Part shown: positions 30,807 through 40,121 of the stretch, piece after piece | Position numbering within the stretch: the stretch's first letter is position 1 | How the letters are laid out: each line of letters starts with the position of its first letter | Assembly (NCBI GenBank): GCA_003567005.1 | Contig: PXBF01000068.1 | Coordinates: 12,392 to 76,391, forward strand | Origin: PVC group bacterium | GTDB taxonomy: Bacteria; Verrucomicrobiota; Kiritimatiellia; UBA8416 | Direction: 5' to 3' | DNA: 64,000 bases | Notes under the pieces: generated by a model | Database searches by the model: none | Seen by the model: the letters and a program-made list of their open reading frames with translations, nothing else | Told to the model about the DNA's origin: nothing | Translations under genes and position numbers: made by a program

Positions 30807-31718
30807 ATGAAATCATCTTATTGTATAGGCACAGTCTGGGGCATACCGCTAAAAATCCATATTTCCCTTTTCTTTCTACTCGCCTTCATTTCTCTGGAGG
30901 CATTTCGAATCGGTTTGCAAGTATTCGGGATCTGGGTTGCCATCCTCGGCGTTATGGCTGCTGTGCTCTTGCAGGCATGTTTATTTGCCAGCATCGGTTT
31001 GCACGAGCTTGGCCATTGTTATATTGCCATGCGCAAAGGCTGTAAAGTCCGTGAAATCACGCTTCTGATCATGGGCGGTGCTGCCATGATGGAAAGCATC
31101 CCGCGAAAGCCGAAAGATGAATTTCAAATGGCAATCGCAGGGCCTGCCGTAAGCGCCTCTCTGGCTATGGTCTTCGGTACAATTGCCTACCTGTTTCCAA
31201 TCGATGAAGAAAATATATGGGCTTGGTTCGGATTCTTTTTCTCCGTGTTGGCTTGGGGGAATGGAGCACTTGCGATCTTTAACCTTTTGCCTGCTTTTCC
31301 GATGGATGGAGGACGCGTGACGAGAGCAATATTAACAAACCGGCTTGGTCGTCTACGGGCCACCCGCATAGCAATGCTACTTGGACGCTGTTTTGCTATC
31401 CTATTTGGAGGAATCGGTTTTCTGGGCATGATCTCTATGATCGAAAGAATACAGCCGTTTCATGGGTTCATCTTACTCATCATTTCTGGTTTTGTGTACA
31501 TAATGGGAAATCGCGAATATCAGCAGGTACGCATAGAAACACTGCTGGAATATCGTGGTTTCCATTCGCGGAGAGATACGACGTCTTCACACGATTTTCA
31601 CGAGATACCTCCGGATGACGAAACCGCAATCATTAGTCCCCCCCCCTATAAGCGCGGGCCATCAGATCAAGCCCACATTGAAAAGCAACCGCATGAGAAA
31701 TTCTCCTTTTTCGAATAA
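30807..31718 (+). CDS. Site-2-protease-like zinc metalloprotease, peptidase family M50
   Basis: HELGH zinc motif within TM helix (GLHELGHCYIAMRKG) and downstream NLLPAFPMDGGRV (LDG motif). C-terminal tail contains a C9 tract encoding PPP. Confidence 0.8.
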   Translation: MKSSYCIGTVWGIPLKIHISLFFLLAFISLEAFRIGLQVFGIWVAILGVMAAVLLQACLFASIGLHELGHCYIAMRKGCKVREITLLIMGGAAMMESIPRKPKDEFQMAIAGPAVSASLAMVFGTIAYLFPIDEENIWAWFGFFFSVLAWGNGALAIFNLLPAFPMDGGRVTRAILTNRLGRLRATRIAMLLGRCFAILFGGIGFLGMISMIERIQPFHGFILLIISGFVYIMGNREYQQVRIETLLEYRGFHSRRDTTSSHDFHEIPPDDETAIISPPPYKRGPSDQAHIEKQPHEKFSFFE

Positions 31719-31750
31719 AGATACCATGACCATATCGTGGAGAGGAAAGC

Positions 31751-33127
31751 ATGATGTTACAGCGTCACTATAAACCTGCAATAGAATGGATCAACCAATA
31801 CCAACGCGACCTCCAGCAATCCCATACGAATCAGGCGCAGATTACAATCGGACTTTGCCGCGATCATAAACCGGTAGCGCGTACGACAGTACCGATCTTT
31901 CCCGCAGATCAACAACTGCATCGCACCTGCAAATACGTGGAAAGACACTTGAAATCGTTACTATGGATGCATGGAGGAAACCGTATTTTGCTCGATGCGC
32001 CTGCTCCCCTCCAGCAATGGTTGCAAAACTATTATACAAAATCCCCAACGGGCATGTTTGATTCTACCGTAATGGGAGAAAAAATTTGTGGAAGCCCCAT
32101 AACGATAGAACCTATGGCAGGGCAATCCATTCCTTCCCCGGATGCAGGTGCCCAATCCGTGGGAAGAAATCTTGATGGCTGTCGTATCGGATTCGACCTT
32201 GGAGGCAGTGACCGCAAATGTGCTGCCCTTATAGATGGTGAGGTGGTTTTTTCCGAAGAAATCCCTTGGGATCCATACTTTCAGAAAGATCCGCAATATC
32301 ATTTTGAAGGAATTATGGACGCACTCAAGCGTGCAGCAAAACACCTGCCTCGGGTGGATGCGATCGGAGGGAGTGCCGCAGGTGTATATGTCGACAATGA
32401 AGTACGCGTAGCCTCGCTCTTTCGCGGCGTGGAACCAGCGGAATTCGAAAAATCAGTGCGAAATATCTTTCAACGCGTGCAAGCCGCCTGGGACAATGTC
32501 CCCTTTGTCGTGATCAACGATGGAGAAGTAACCGCTTTGGCTGGGGCCATGTCGCTACAAGCCTCTGCGCTATTGGGCATATCTATGGGAACCAGTACTG
32601 CTGCTGGCTACGTCACGCCGGAAGGACACCTCACAGACTGGCTCAATGAATTGGCATTTGTCCCCGTCGATTATAGCGATCAGGCTCCCATAGACGAATG
32701 GTCCGGAGATATCGGATGTGCCGTGCAATATTTCTCCCAGCAAGGCGTTGCGCGCCTCGCGCGCGAAGCAGGTATGCCCTTTCCTGCTGAGATGCCACTT
32801 CCCGAACAATTGATCGAGGTCCAAAACCGTATGGCAACTGGAGACTCCGTTGCAGAATCCATCTACACAGCCATCGGTGAGGCCTTCGGACACACCCTCG
32901 CGCATTGGTCTCATTTCTACGAATTAGAACACATATTGATACTGGGACGCGTAACCAGTGGTCCAGGTGGCGAACAAATCCTATCCCAAGCCCGGCAGTG
33001 CCTCAATACCCACTACCCGGATATCTCGCGGGAAATCCAACTGCACATTCCCGATGAGAAAATGAAGCGTCACGGACAAGCCATCGCCGCCGCAAGCCTC
33101 CCCTCCCTCGCCAGCAGCCGTTACTGA
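31751..33127 (+). CDS. ROK/BadF-type sugar kinase-like protein with a roughly 140-aa N-terminal extension
   Basis: ASKHA motifs GFDLGGSDRKCAAL (phosphate 1), VVINDGEVTALAG, LGISMGTSTAAGYV. 458 aa is long for a ROK protein. Confidence 0.5.
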   Translation: MMLQRHYKPAIEWINQYQRDLQQSHTNQAQITIGLCRDHKPVARTTVPIFPADQQLHRTCKYVERHLKSLLWMHGGNRILLDAPAPLQQWLQNYYTKSPTGMFDSTVMGEKICGSPITIEPMAGQSIPSPDAGAQSVGRNLDGCRIGFDLGGSDRKCAALIDGEVVFSEEIPWDPYFQKDPQYHFEGIMDALKRAAKHLPRVDAIGGSAAGVYVDNEVRVASLFRGVEPAEFEKSVRNIFQRVQAAWDNVPFVVINDGEVTALAGAMSLQASALLGISMGTSTAAGYVTPEGHLTDWLNELAFVPVDYSDQAPIDEWSGDIGCAVQYFSQQGVARLAREAGMPFPAEMPLPEQLIEVQNRMATGDSVAESIYTAIGEAFGHTLAHWSHFYELEHILILGRVTSGPGGEQILSQARQCLNTHYPDISREIQLHIPDEKMKRHGQAIAAASLPSLASSRY

Positions 33128-33185
33128 CGCAAGGCGTTTGTCGACACATAAGGGCCACGTCCGCGCATCGCGTCGCTCAACGCAT

Positions 33186-33228
33186 GGGGCCAGCATCGAA
33201 AATACTGGCCCCACTTGTATTTCTCCCT
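33186..33228 (+). terminator. Putative intrinsic terminator between convergent genes
   Basis: 8-bp perfect stem GGGGCCAG...CTGGCCCC (11-nt loop) followed by a T-rich ACTTGTATTTCTCCCTTTA. Confidence 0.4.
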
Positions 33229-33272
33229 TTATCGAACAGGATTTCCTCCGATGAAGATATCAGCACATTCTC

Positions 33273-35363
33273 TTAGAAACGAACCGTAGCGCCCAGTTCA
33301 AAACTGCGCTCCGGTCCAACATAGATCCCTTGACGCAATCCTGAAATATACTGTTCATCGGTGATATTCTTGATGGCACCAAATACATCAATTGATTCAC
33401 TGACGGCAAACTGACTTGTGAAATCAAACGTATGATAACTTGGAACCAACCCACCCCAAGTGCCTTGCTCCTCCGAGGTGAAATCTCGTACATTCATGCC
33501 ATCCCCATACGTCTCGCCAACATAGTTTAAAAGGATACTCGTTTGCAAACGCCCATAGGTATAGCCAACAGTAAGGTTCCCTGCCAGTTCTGGTGAGTAT
33601 GGCAAACGGTTTCCCTTCTCTGCCTCTCCTTCCCGATCTTCGCCAAATTCCGCAGTGGGGATCCAGGTTAGGTTTCCGTTAAGGCTGAATCCGCTTTCGA
33701 ACGCATATCCAACTGTGCCTTCTAGCCCTTGAATCAGTGCGCTGCCTTCATTCGGGTTCCGAATACCCGAAACCCCCGGATCGACCTGATTGGAAAAGTC
33801 CATTTGAAAAGCGGTCACCTCGTAATGCAAACGTTCATCGCCGCCTCTTACCCCAAACTCCACATTAATAGACGTTTCAGCGTCCGTTGGGGGTTGCTCA
33901 GCCCCTACTACGCTACCGACCAACGGCGGAGCAAAAGCACGATACACGCTACCAAATATTTGGGAAGCGGGGATGACTTGATAAGTCGCTCCAATGCCAG
34001 GCATGAATTCCGTGTTCCTGAAACGATCGTGGTCATCACCCACCTGGCGGTTTTCGCGCTTCTGCTCATAAGACTCCATACGAAGCCCGGTAGTTACCGC
34101 AAACCGTTCCGTAATGCCGGATCGATTCTGGACAAAAAGCGCGAGGCTCTCAGCCGAGTCTAATCGGTCACGCAGCAAGGGTTGATTTGGGGTGCGTGGC
34201 GAAGACCGATCAGCGCGAATCGTCTGGTCCAACATTTCCTCACGCATGAGACGAACCCCCCATTCGGATTCGTTATCCCAATCAAAAGCCGCATGTTGCA
34301 CCGTTAAACGCGAATCGATACCAAACCTTTCAAATGAACGATTGTTACCCTGCACTTCATCGCTATAATTCCATACGCGAAACCCATTAGCATTAACGCT
34401 CGTGGGTTGATCCGAGACAAGACGATATCGCCAATAATCACGGTTCATGTCGCTCCAGTACCCCACTGTCAACAAGGATACTTCAGGGGTAATCTGCCAG
34501 TCATGGCTCATATCAAATGCCTTGCGCTCGGTCAGGAACCAATCATCGGGTGCAGGGTTAAACTGTTCGCCTGCACGGTATGCATCGGGAAATAACCCAC
34601 GATACGAAATATTGGCGTCGGTCTCATAATACAAAAACTTCAGTGTCAGAAAATGGTTATCACCAATCGCACTCGTTGTCTTGAGCATGAGATCTGTCAT
34701 CTCATACTCTCGATCCATAAAGCCATCGCTCCGCGCATGGGTCGCAATAACCCCATAACGCGAGCCCAGTGATTCTGCGCCACCCCCGATTTCTATGGTT
34801 GCTTCTCGCGTGTTCCAGGAACCATAGCGTCCTCGAATCATCACACCATCATCCGGCGTTTTGGTCTGATAGTTAATGACCCCACCAACCGTGTTGGGTC
34901 CGTAGCGCAAAGATGCTGCACCCTTTAATACCTCAACTCCGGCCATCCGTTGCACACGCGGATTGTAATAACGTGAATTACCGACAAAAATGCCCGGCTG
35001 CACAGGAACACCATCTTCCAGTACCAGCGTCTTGTAATCGCCAGCAGGAAGTCCGCGGACCCCCACATTCACCACCACCGCGTTCTCGTCCTCCCCTTTG
35101 ATATAGATGCCCGGAATCCGGCGTAACACATCTTCTGTTGAACGCGGTTGCAGCTGATTGATCTCCACCTCCCCCACAACCGAGATCGATCCCGGCTGCA
35201 GGCCAGCATCATCCTGGCGCCCAAGTACCGTAACTGGGGCAAGCACTTGTATCCTTCCACTATCTGCTCGAACTGATTCCCCAATAAAAAACACGCCCAC
35301 CAGTAAAGCACCCACCTTAACGATTGACCAAAATCTCATCATCATTACCCCCATATTTTGCAC
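33273..35363 (-). CDS. TonB-dependent outer-membrane receptor
   Basis: Signal peptide. Plug domain with NQLQPRSTEDVLRRIPGIYI. A 22-strand barrel-sized protein (696 aa). C-terminal ...ATVRF with terminal Phe. Confidence 0.85.
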   Translation of the reverse strand: MQNMGVMMMRFWSIVKVGALLVGVFFIGESVRADSGRIQVLAPVTVLGRQDDAGLQPGSISVVGEVEINQLQPRSTEDVLRRIPGIYIKGEDENAVVVNVGVRGLPAGDYKTLVLEDGVPVQPGIFVGNSRYYNPRVQRMAGVEVLKGAASLRYGPNTVGGVINYQTKTPDDGVMIRGRYGSWNTREATIEIGGGAESLGSRYGVIATHARSDGFMDREYEMTDLMLKTTSAIGDNHFLTLKFLYYETDANISYRGLFPDAYRAGEQFNPAPDDWFLTERKAFDMSHDWQITPEVSLLTVGYWSDMNRDYWRYRLVSDQPTSVNANGFRVWNYSDEVQGNNRSFERFGIDSRLTVQHAAFDWDNESEWGVRLMREEMLDQTIRADRSSPRTPNQPLLRDRLDSAESLALFVQNRSGITERFAVTTGLRMESYEQKRENRQVGDDHDRFRNTEFMPGIGATYQVIPASQIFGSVYRAFAPPLVGSVVGAEQPPTDAETSINVEFGVRGGDERLHYEVTAFQMDFSNQVDPGVSGIRNPNEGSALIQGLEGTVGYAFESGFSLNGNLTWIPTAEFGEDREGEAEKGNRLPYSPELAGNLTVGYTYGRLQTSILLNYVGETYGDGMNVRDFTSEEQGTWGGLVPSYHTFDFTSQFAVSESIDVFGAIKNITDEQYISGLRQGIYVGPERSFELGATVRF

Positions 35364-35532
35364 ACACGCAATACAACAAGCTAAACTTCATGAAAGAAAA
35401 CATAGCAACAACGCCGCATAGTTTTATAACTTAAACTAGATTAGTCAAGACTAACAATATAAACGAATAAATGAAACATGAAGGATTTCCACAATGAGTC
35501 GCTTGCTGGCACGCGATTCGTTTCTAGCGGAT

Positions 35533-36747
35533 TTACACTTCTTCAGCAAGTGCCGCTTCCGCCAGAACCATGTCGTGGCGGCGTAGCCACGTATAGACAG
35601 CGCTAAACGCTAATAGCAAGACATTCAACCAGATTGCACCTGCATATCCGCCTGTCCAATCATATATCCACCCACCAAATGCAGGCCCTAGTAATGCAGA
35701 AATGCCATACAAAAGAAATAAGATTGGATACACGCAATTTACCCCCTCCAGCCCATAAACGCGGGAAACCTCAGCGGCATATACAACAAAGCAACCGCCA
35801 AAGGAAAACCCGACAAGCGCGGTAAAGATCAAATAAGCGACGGCATTTCCCCGCAACAAAAACATGGCAGGGATCATTAAGGCTGTCAGCAACAAGTTGG
35901 CCGGAATAGCGCGATAGCCAATTTGATCAAAGACCCACCCCCAGGTCAGTCTACCGGTAGCGTTACCAAAAGCAAAAAAACTGATTGAGAGAATAGCGGT
36001 AGATTCGAGAACGCCATGTGCTAAGCCTAGCGGTTTCAGGTTTCCCACCACCAACAAACCGGCGAACGTACCGGAAAAGATTCCCATTCCCAACAACCAG
36101 AACCGCCTATCGCGTAACAGCTTTGCAAGTGTGGGTTGCGGAACCGGAACGCTACGGCCCTCCGGTGGCCGAAACAGGCACAATGCACACAAACACACAA
36201 TGCCACCATAGCCAAAAGATATCATAGTAAATATCTCCAATAGCCCTGTACCTCTTTCGAGCAATATAACTGCCAGCTGGGAAAGCAAAATGGCCCCCCC
36301 ACCGAATCCCGTCACAGCGACACCCGTCACAAGTCCACGATGTGCCGGAAACCATAACATGCCCGACTTAAGCGCCGCAACGTAACCAAACCCAATAGCG
36401 GCCCCGCTCATAATGCCAATTCCAGCAAAAAGCCCCCAAAAGTGACCTTGGCTCAATACAGCAACCCCATATCCACTGCCGTACAAGACCCCGGCAATCA
36501 GTCCATTGACGCGTGCTCCAATGCGCAACTGCAACCGTCCTGCCGCAATCATGGCTACCGTAAAGCTGGCTATGGTTAACCCAAATACGATTTGTGTCTG
36601 CATGCGCGTGAGTCCAAAATCACGCTGTAAAATCGGCACAAACACACTCCAGCCGTAAAGTCCCCCCATACAAGTCTGCATCAAGAATACAGCCAACAGC
36701 ATAATCCAACGCTTTACGCCTGTCGTTACGGGAGGGCATCTCTTCAT
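35533..36747 (-). CDS. MFS transporter (oxalate/formate antiporter-like)
   Basis: 12 TM helices. N-terminal GGLYGWSVFVPIL characteristic of OFA-type MFS. 404 aa. Confidence 0.75.
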   Translation of the reverse strand: MKRCPPVTTGVKRWIMLLAVFLMQTCMGGLYGWSVFVPILQRDFGLTRMQTQIVFGLTIASFTVAMIAAGRLQLRIGARVNGLIAGVLYGSGYGVAVLSQGHFWGLFAGIGIMSGAAIGFGYVAALKSGMLWFPAHRGLVTGVAVTGFGGGAILLSQLAVILLERGTGLLEIFTMISFGYGGIVCLCALCLFRPPEGRSVPVPQPTLAKLLRDRRFWLLGMGIFSGTFAGLLVVGNLKPLGLAHGVLESTAILSISFFAFGNATGRLTWGWVFDQIGYRAIPANLLLTALMIPAMFLLRGNAVAYLIFTALVGFSFGGCFVVYAAEVSRVYGLEGVNCVYPILFLLYGISALLGPAFGGWIYDWTGGYAGAIWLNVLLLAFSAVYTWLRRHDMVLAEAALAEEV

Positions 36748-36768
36748 CGCATAGCTCCTGCCAAAATG

Positions 36769-37941
36769 TTACGTATGCACACGACAAAATGCTTCCATGC
36801 GGTCCAAACCCTTCTCGATAGTTGCCATATCCGTGGCATAACTGATTCGAATGTTCGCGTCGGCACCAAATGCAACGCCTGGTACGACCGCAACTTTCTG
36901 CTCTTCCAACAACAATTCACAGAATTGCACAGAGTCGAGCCCCGTCCCGGAAATATTCGGAAATAAGTAAAAGGCACCTTCCGGTTTACAACACATCACA
37001 CCCGGCATAGCCTGCAGACGTTCTAATGCATAGTCACGTCTCTTTTGAAAGGCAGCACACCATTCCTGCATATGATCCTGTGGACCATCCAATGCAGCGA
37101 CGCCTCCTTTTTGCGCGAAACTACAAGGATTGCTCGTGCTGTGACTCTGTAATGTCGTCATGGCCTTGGCAATAGGCAAAGGCGCAGCACAGAACCCCAG
37201 ACGCCAACCCGTCATACTCCATGCTTTTGCAAACCCATTCGCAATAATCGTGATGGCTTGATACTCACTGCCGAACGATGCCGGACTCCGGTGCCGAGCT
37301 CGCCCGTAAATTAAATGCTCATAGATTTCATCACTCAATATGTAGACACCATGTTCCAAGCAAATATCGGCAAGATCCTGCAACTCTTTGGGGCTGTAAA
37401 CCGCTCCCGTCGGATTGCTCGGAGAGTTGAGAATCACAATCTTGGTCGCAGCAGTAATAGCTTGACGAAGTTGTCTCGGCGTCATCTTGAAACCGGTAGA
37501 TTCATCCATAGGTACAATGATGGGCTTCGCATTCGCCAATTTTACCATTTCAGTATAGCTCACCCAGTACGGCGCGGGGATAATGACCTCATCACCTTGC
37601 TGGCAGAGCACTTGCATTGCATTGAAGCAGGTATGTTTTCCACCGCAGGATACCACAATTTGCTCGGGAGCATACGAAACCCCATTGTCCCGCTCGAACT
37701 TGCCTGTGATAGCTCTTCGAAGCTCTGGAATACCTGCTACCGGTGTATACTTCGTAAAGCCTTGGGCCAAAGCCTGAGATGCTGCCTGCTTGATGTGCGC
37801 AGGTGTATCAAAATCCGGCTCACCGGCGCCAAAGCCCACAACATCAATCCCACTCTGGCGCATTTCCTTGGCCTTGGCGTCAATGGCCAAGGTCATCGAA
37901 GGATTCATCCGCCCCACTCGATCCGCAAGTTTGTATTCCAT
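36769..37941 (-). CDS. Pyridoxal-phosphate-dependent aminotransferase, class I (aspartate aminotransferase-like)
   Basis: PLP-lysine region NGFAKAWSMTGWRLGF (SKxxxMTGWRxG motif). 390 aa. 21-nt gap to the downstream MFS gene on the same strand. Confidence 0.85.
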   Translation of the reverse strand: MEYKLADRVGRMNPSMTLAIDAKAKEMRQSGIDVVGFGAGEPDFDTPAHIKQAASQALAQGFTKYTPVAGIPELRRAITGKFERDNGVSYAPEQIVVSCGGKHTCFNAMQVLCQQGDEVIIPAPYWVSYTEMVKLANAKPIIVPMDESTGFKMTPRQLRQAITAATKIVILNSPSNPTGAVYSPKELQDLADICLEHGVYILSDEIYEHLIYGRARHRSPASFGSEYQAITIIANGFAKAWSMTGWRLGFCAAPLPIAKAMTTLQSHSTSNPCSFAQKGGVAALDGPQDHMQEWCAAFQKRRDYALERLQAMPGVMCCKPEGAFYLFPNISGTGLDSVQFCELLLEEQKVAVVPGVAFGADANIRISYATDMATIEKGLDRMEAFCRVHT

Positions 37942-38133
37942 TTCTTATCGACCCTGTCAATTTTCACATAGGATATGTTTGATCTTTACCCAATGCTCCA
38001 CATGGATACCACGCACTACCATCAGGAAAAATTTGCCCCAGCGGCATTACACTTCTCAGACTAGCTTGTCAAGACGTCTTCTATATTATGAGCTTGAATG
38101 TTGTAACCGCGAATCGCTACTCTACCCCCTATT

Positions 38134-38778
38134 ATGAAGATCAAATCAATACCAGTAGGTGCCTTTGAAGTAAATTGTTGGATCTTGGTGAATCAGCGCC
38201 GGGAAGCCATTATTGTTGACCCAGGTGCGGATGCTCCCCTCATAGAAGCTTGGTTGCAAAAAATGCGTCTGCATGTGCAAGGCTATTTGCTCACGCATGG
38301 ACACATGGACCATGTATCGGCGCTAGCCACATTAGTTGCAAAACACCCGGCCCCAATCCGCATACATCCAGCCGACGCAAATTGGGCCTTCTCATCATCC
38401 AATCAGATGCCCCCCTACTACCCCGCCCCTACCCCACCACCCGAAGAACTGCTGCAAGCTGACCTCGTTGAGTCGACCGGAAACGAGATGGCTGGCTCGC
38501 TTTTCAATGTGCTGGAAACCCCCGGCCATTCGCCCGGTTCTGTCTGCCTCCACTTTATCAATGAAAACACCCTGTTTACCGGCGACACAATACTCGCTGG
38601 TTCTGCAGGACGCACCGACTTTCCTGGCGGAAGTGCCAGCGATATGAAGCAATCACTGAAACGCCTATTGTCCCTACCCCCGAAAACAGTCATTTGCAGT
38701 GGTCACGGTCCAGCATCAACACTGGAAGATGAAATACAGACAAATCCTTTTCTACAAGAGTTCCAAACAGCGAAATAA
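38134..38778 (+). CDS. MBL-fold metallo-hydrolase, YcbL/glyoxalase-II-like
   Basis: THGHMDHV (HxHxDH), PGHSPGS and GDTIL motifs. The overall arrangement resembles E. coli YcbL. 214 aa. Confidence 0.8.
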   Translation: MKIKSIPVGAFEVNCWILVNQRREAIIVDPGADAPLIEAWLQKMRLHVQGYLLTHGHMDHVSALATLVAKHPAPIRIHPADANWAFSSSNQMPPYYPAPTPPPEELLQADLVESTGNEMAGSLFNVLETPGHSPGSVCLHFINENTLFTGDTILAGSAGRTDFPGGSASDMKQSLKRLLSLPPKTVICSGHGPASTLEDEIQTNPFLQEFQTAK

Positions 38779-38784
38779 TATACC

Positions 38785-39222
38785 ATGCTTACCGTTCATG
38801 CCGCAGGGATAGATACCGATAAGGTTGCACAGCAAATCAAAGCGCAGGCAGCCAAACGACATACGTCTGCCAAACTTACGATGGAACGCTTATCGAATAG
38901 CAAAATACAGTCTCCGGATGGATTTGCCAACAATACAGCTTTCATCGAGGCGTTGCTCGCTACCCTCCACGATACTGCATTTGTTGATATTAGCGACTTT
39001 GAGATCGTGGAACGACGGCAACGCTGGAGCTTGCCCCTTATTGCGCTAAAAAAATGCATCTGGAGTATGCTCCGTTTCTACACCTATCGCCTCTGGTCCC
39101 AACAAAATGAAATTAATGGATTTCTGTTGGCGGCCTTGCAAGGCATCCATGAAGACAGCAGCGAACGGATCAATGCGCTGGAAGAGAGAATCACAGAATT
39201 GGAATCGAAGCGCGACCAATGA
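38785..39222 (+). CDS. Hypothetical protein with a coiled-coil C-terminus
   Basis: 145 aa. No recognised motif. C-terminal heptad-like RINALEERITELESKRDQ. Its stop overlaps the next ORF by 4 nt. Confidence 0.4.
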   Translation: MLTVHAAGIDTDKVAQQIKAQAAKRHTSAKLTMERLSNSKIQSPDGFANNTAFIEALLATLHDTAFVDISDFEIVERRQRWSLPLIALKKCIWSMLRFYTYRLWSQQNEINGFLLAALQGIHEDSSERINALEERITELESKRDQ

Positions 39223-40121
39223 CGAATGTGTATGGAGCGCTGACATGTGTAGACCCTAAGCTATTGATGTACGAAACGTTGCGAACCCTACCCAAATGCA
39301 ATAAGATCATACACATGAAGGCAAAACAGAAAACGAAATGGCGACTCGATCGCGCACGCTTGGTCTTTGCAAGCATCTTGATCATCCTATCACTATGTGC
39401 GAATCTCGGCATTGCACGCGAAACGGGTGATCACAACCTCCCGCCCCTCTCTTACCGAACATGGACTAGCGAAGCTGGACAAACACTCGAAGCCGCTTTC
39501 ATCCATCTGCATCAGAACCAAGTTGTTCTCAAAGATCGCGAAGAGCAGCGTATCGCGATTCCAATTAATCGTTTGAGCTGGCGCGATCAAATCATGGCCC
39601 GTAGATTATCCGGATTACGCGGCACGGAGCCATTGTCCAGCGGAAGACGTGCAGTAACCCAAAGGCGACGCGCAGCCGATGCAAAAGTCATCGCTGCCTT
39701 CGGATCCGATTGCGAACCACTCCTGATCGATGCGATACAAGATGCGCGGCGCGAAATCCTGGTCGCCATTTACACGATGACGAGTCTGCCCATAGCCGAA
39801 GCCCTGCGCGAGGCCGCACAACGCGGTGTCGATATTCACATAAAATATGACAAAGGCCAAATCGAGGTGGGACGCATGTCTGAAATCATCGAAAGCCTTG
39901 AACCGGAACGCAACATCACCATAACCCCTATAGAAATGAGCGGACGTTTTGCATCGATGCATCACAAATTCGCGGTCATGGATCAGGCGGTCGTATTCAC
40001 AGGGTCATTCAACTTTACCGTGACAGCGGCAACGCAAAGCTATGAAAATGCCGTCGTTATCTATTCCGACAGCATTGCACAACGCTATACGCAGGAATTC
40101 GAATCCATTGAAAGTCGCTAA
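39219..40121 (+). CDS. Secreted or membrane-anchored SHD1-domain protein with a C-terminal PLD-family (HKD) Nuc-like nuclease/phosphodiesterase domain; alternative start 39315
   Basis: Signal/TM LVFASILIILSLCANLGIA. SLA1-homology SHD1 motif RTWTSEAGQTLEAAFIHLHQNQVVLKDREEQRIAIPINRLSWRDQ. Single HKD motif MHHKFAVMD...GSFNFT. Confidence 0.7.
   Translation: MTNVYGALTCVDPKLLMYETLRTLPKCNKIIHMKAKQKTKWRLDRARLVFASILIILSLCANLGIARETGDHNLPPLSYRTWTSEAGQTLEAAFIHLHQNQVVLKDREEQRIAIPINRLSWRDQIMARRLSGLRGTEPLSSGRRAVTQRRRAADAKVIAAFGSDCEPLLIDAIQDARREILVAIYTMTSLPIAEALREAAQRGVDIHIKYDKGQIEVGRMSEIIESLEPERNITITPIEMSGRFASMHHKFAVMDQAVVFTGSFNFTVTAATQSYENAVVIYSDSIAQRYTQEFESIESR

Noticed and set aside
35364-35532. Cobalamin or other riboswitch in the leader of the TonB-dependent receptor
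   Set aside because: The leader is AT-rich and unstructured, with no B12-box-like GCCACTG element. It looks like a plain promoter region.
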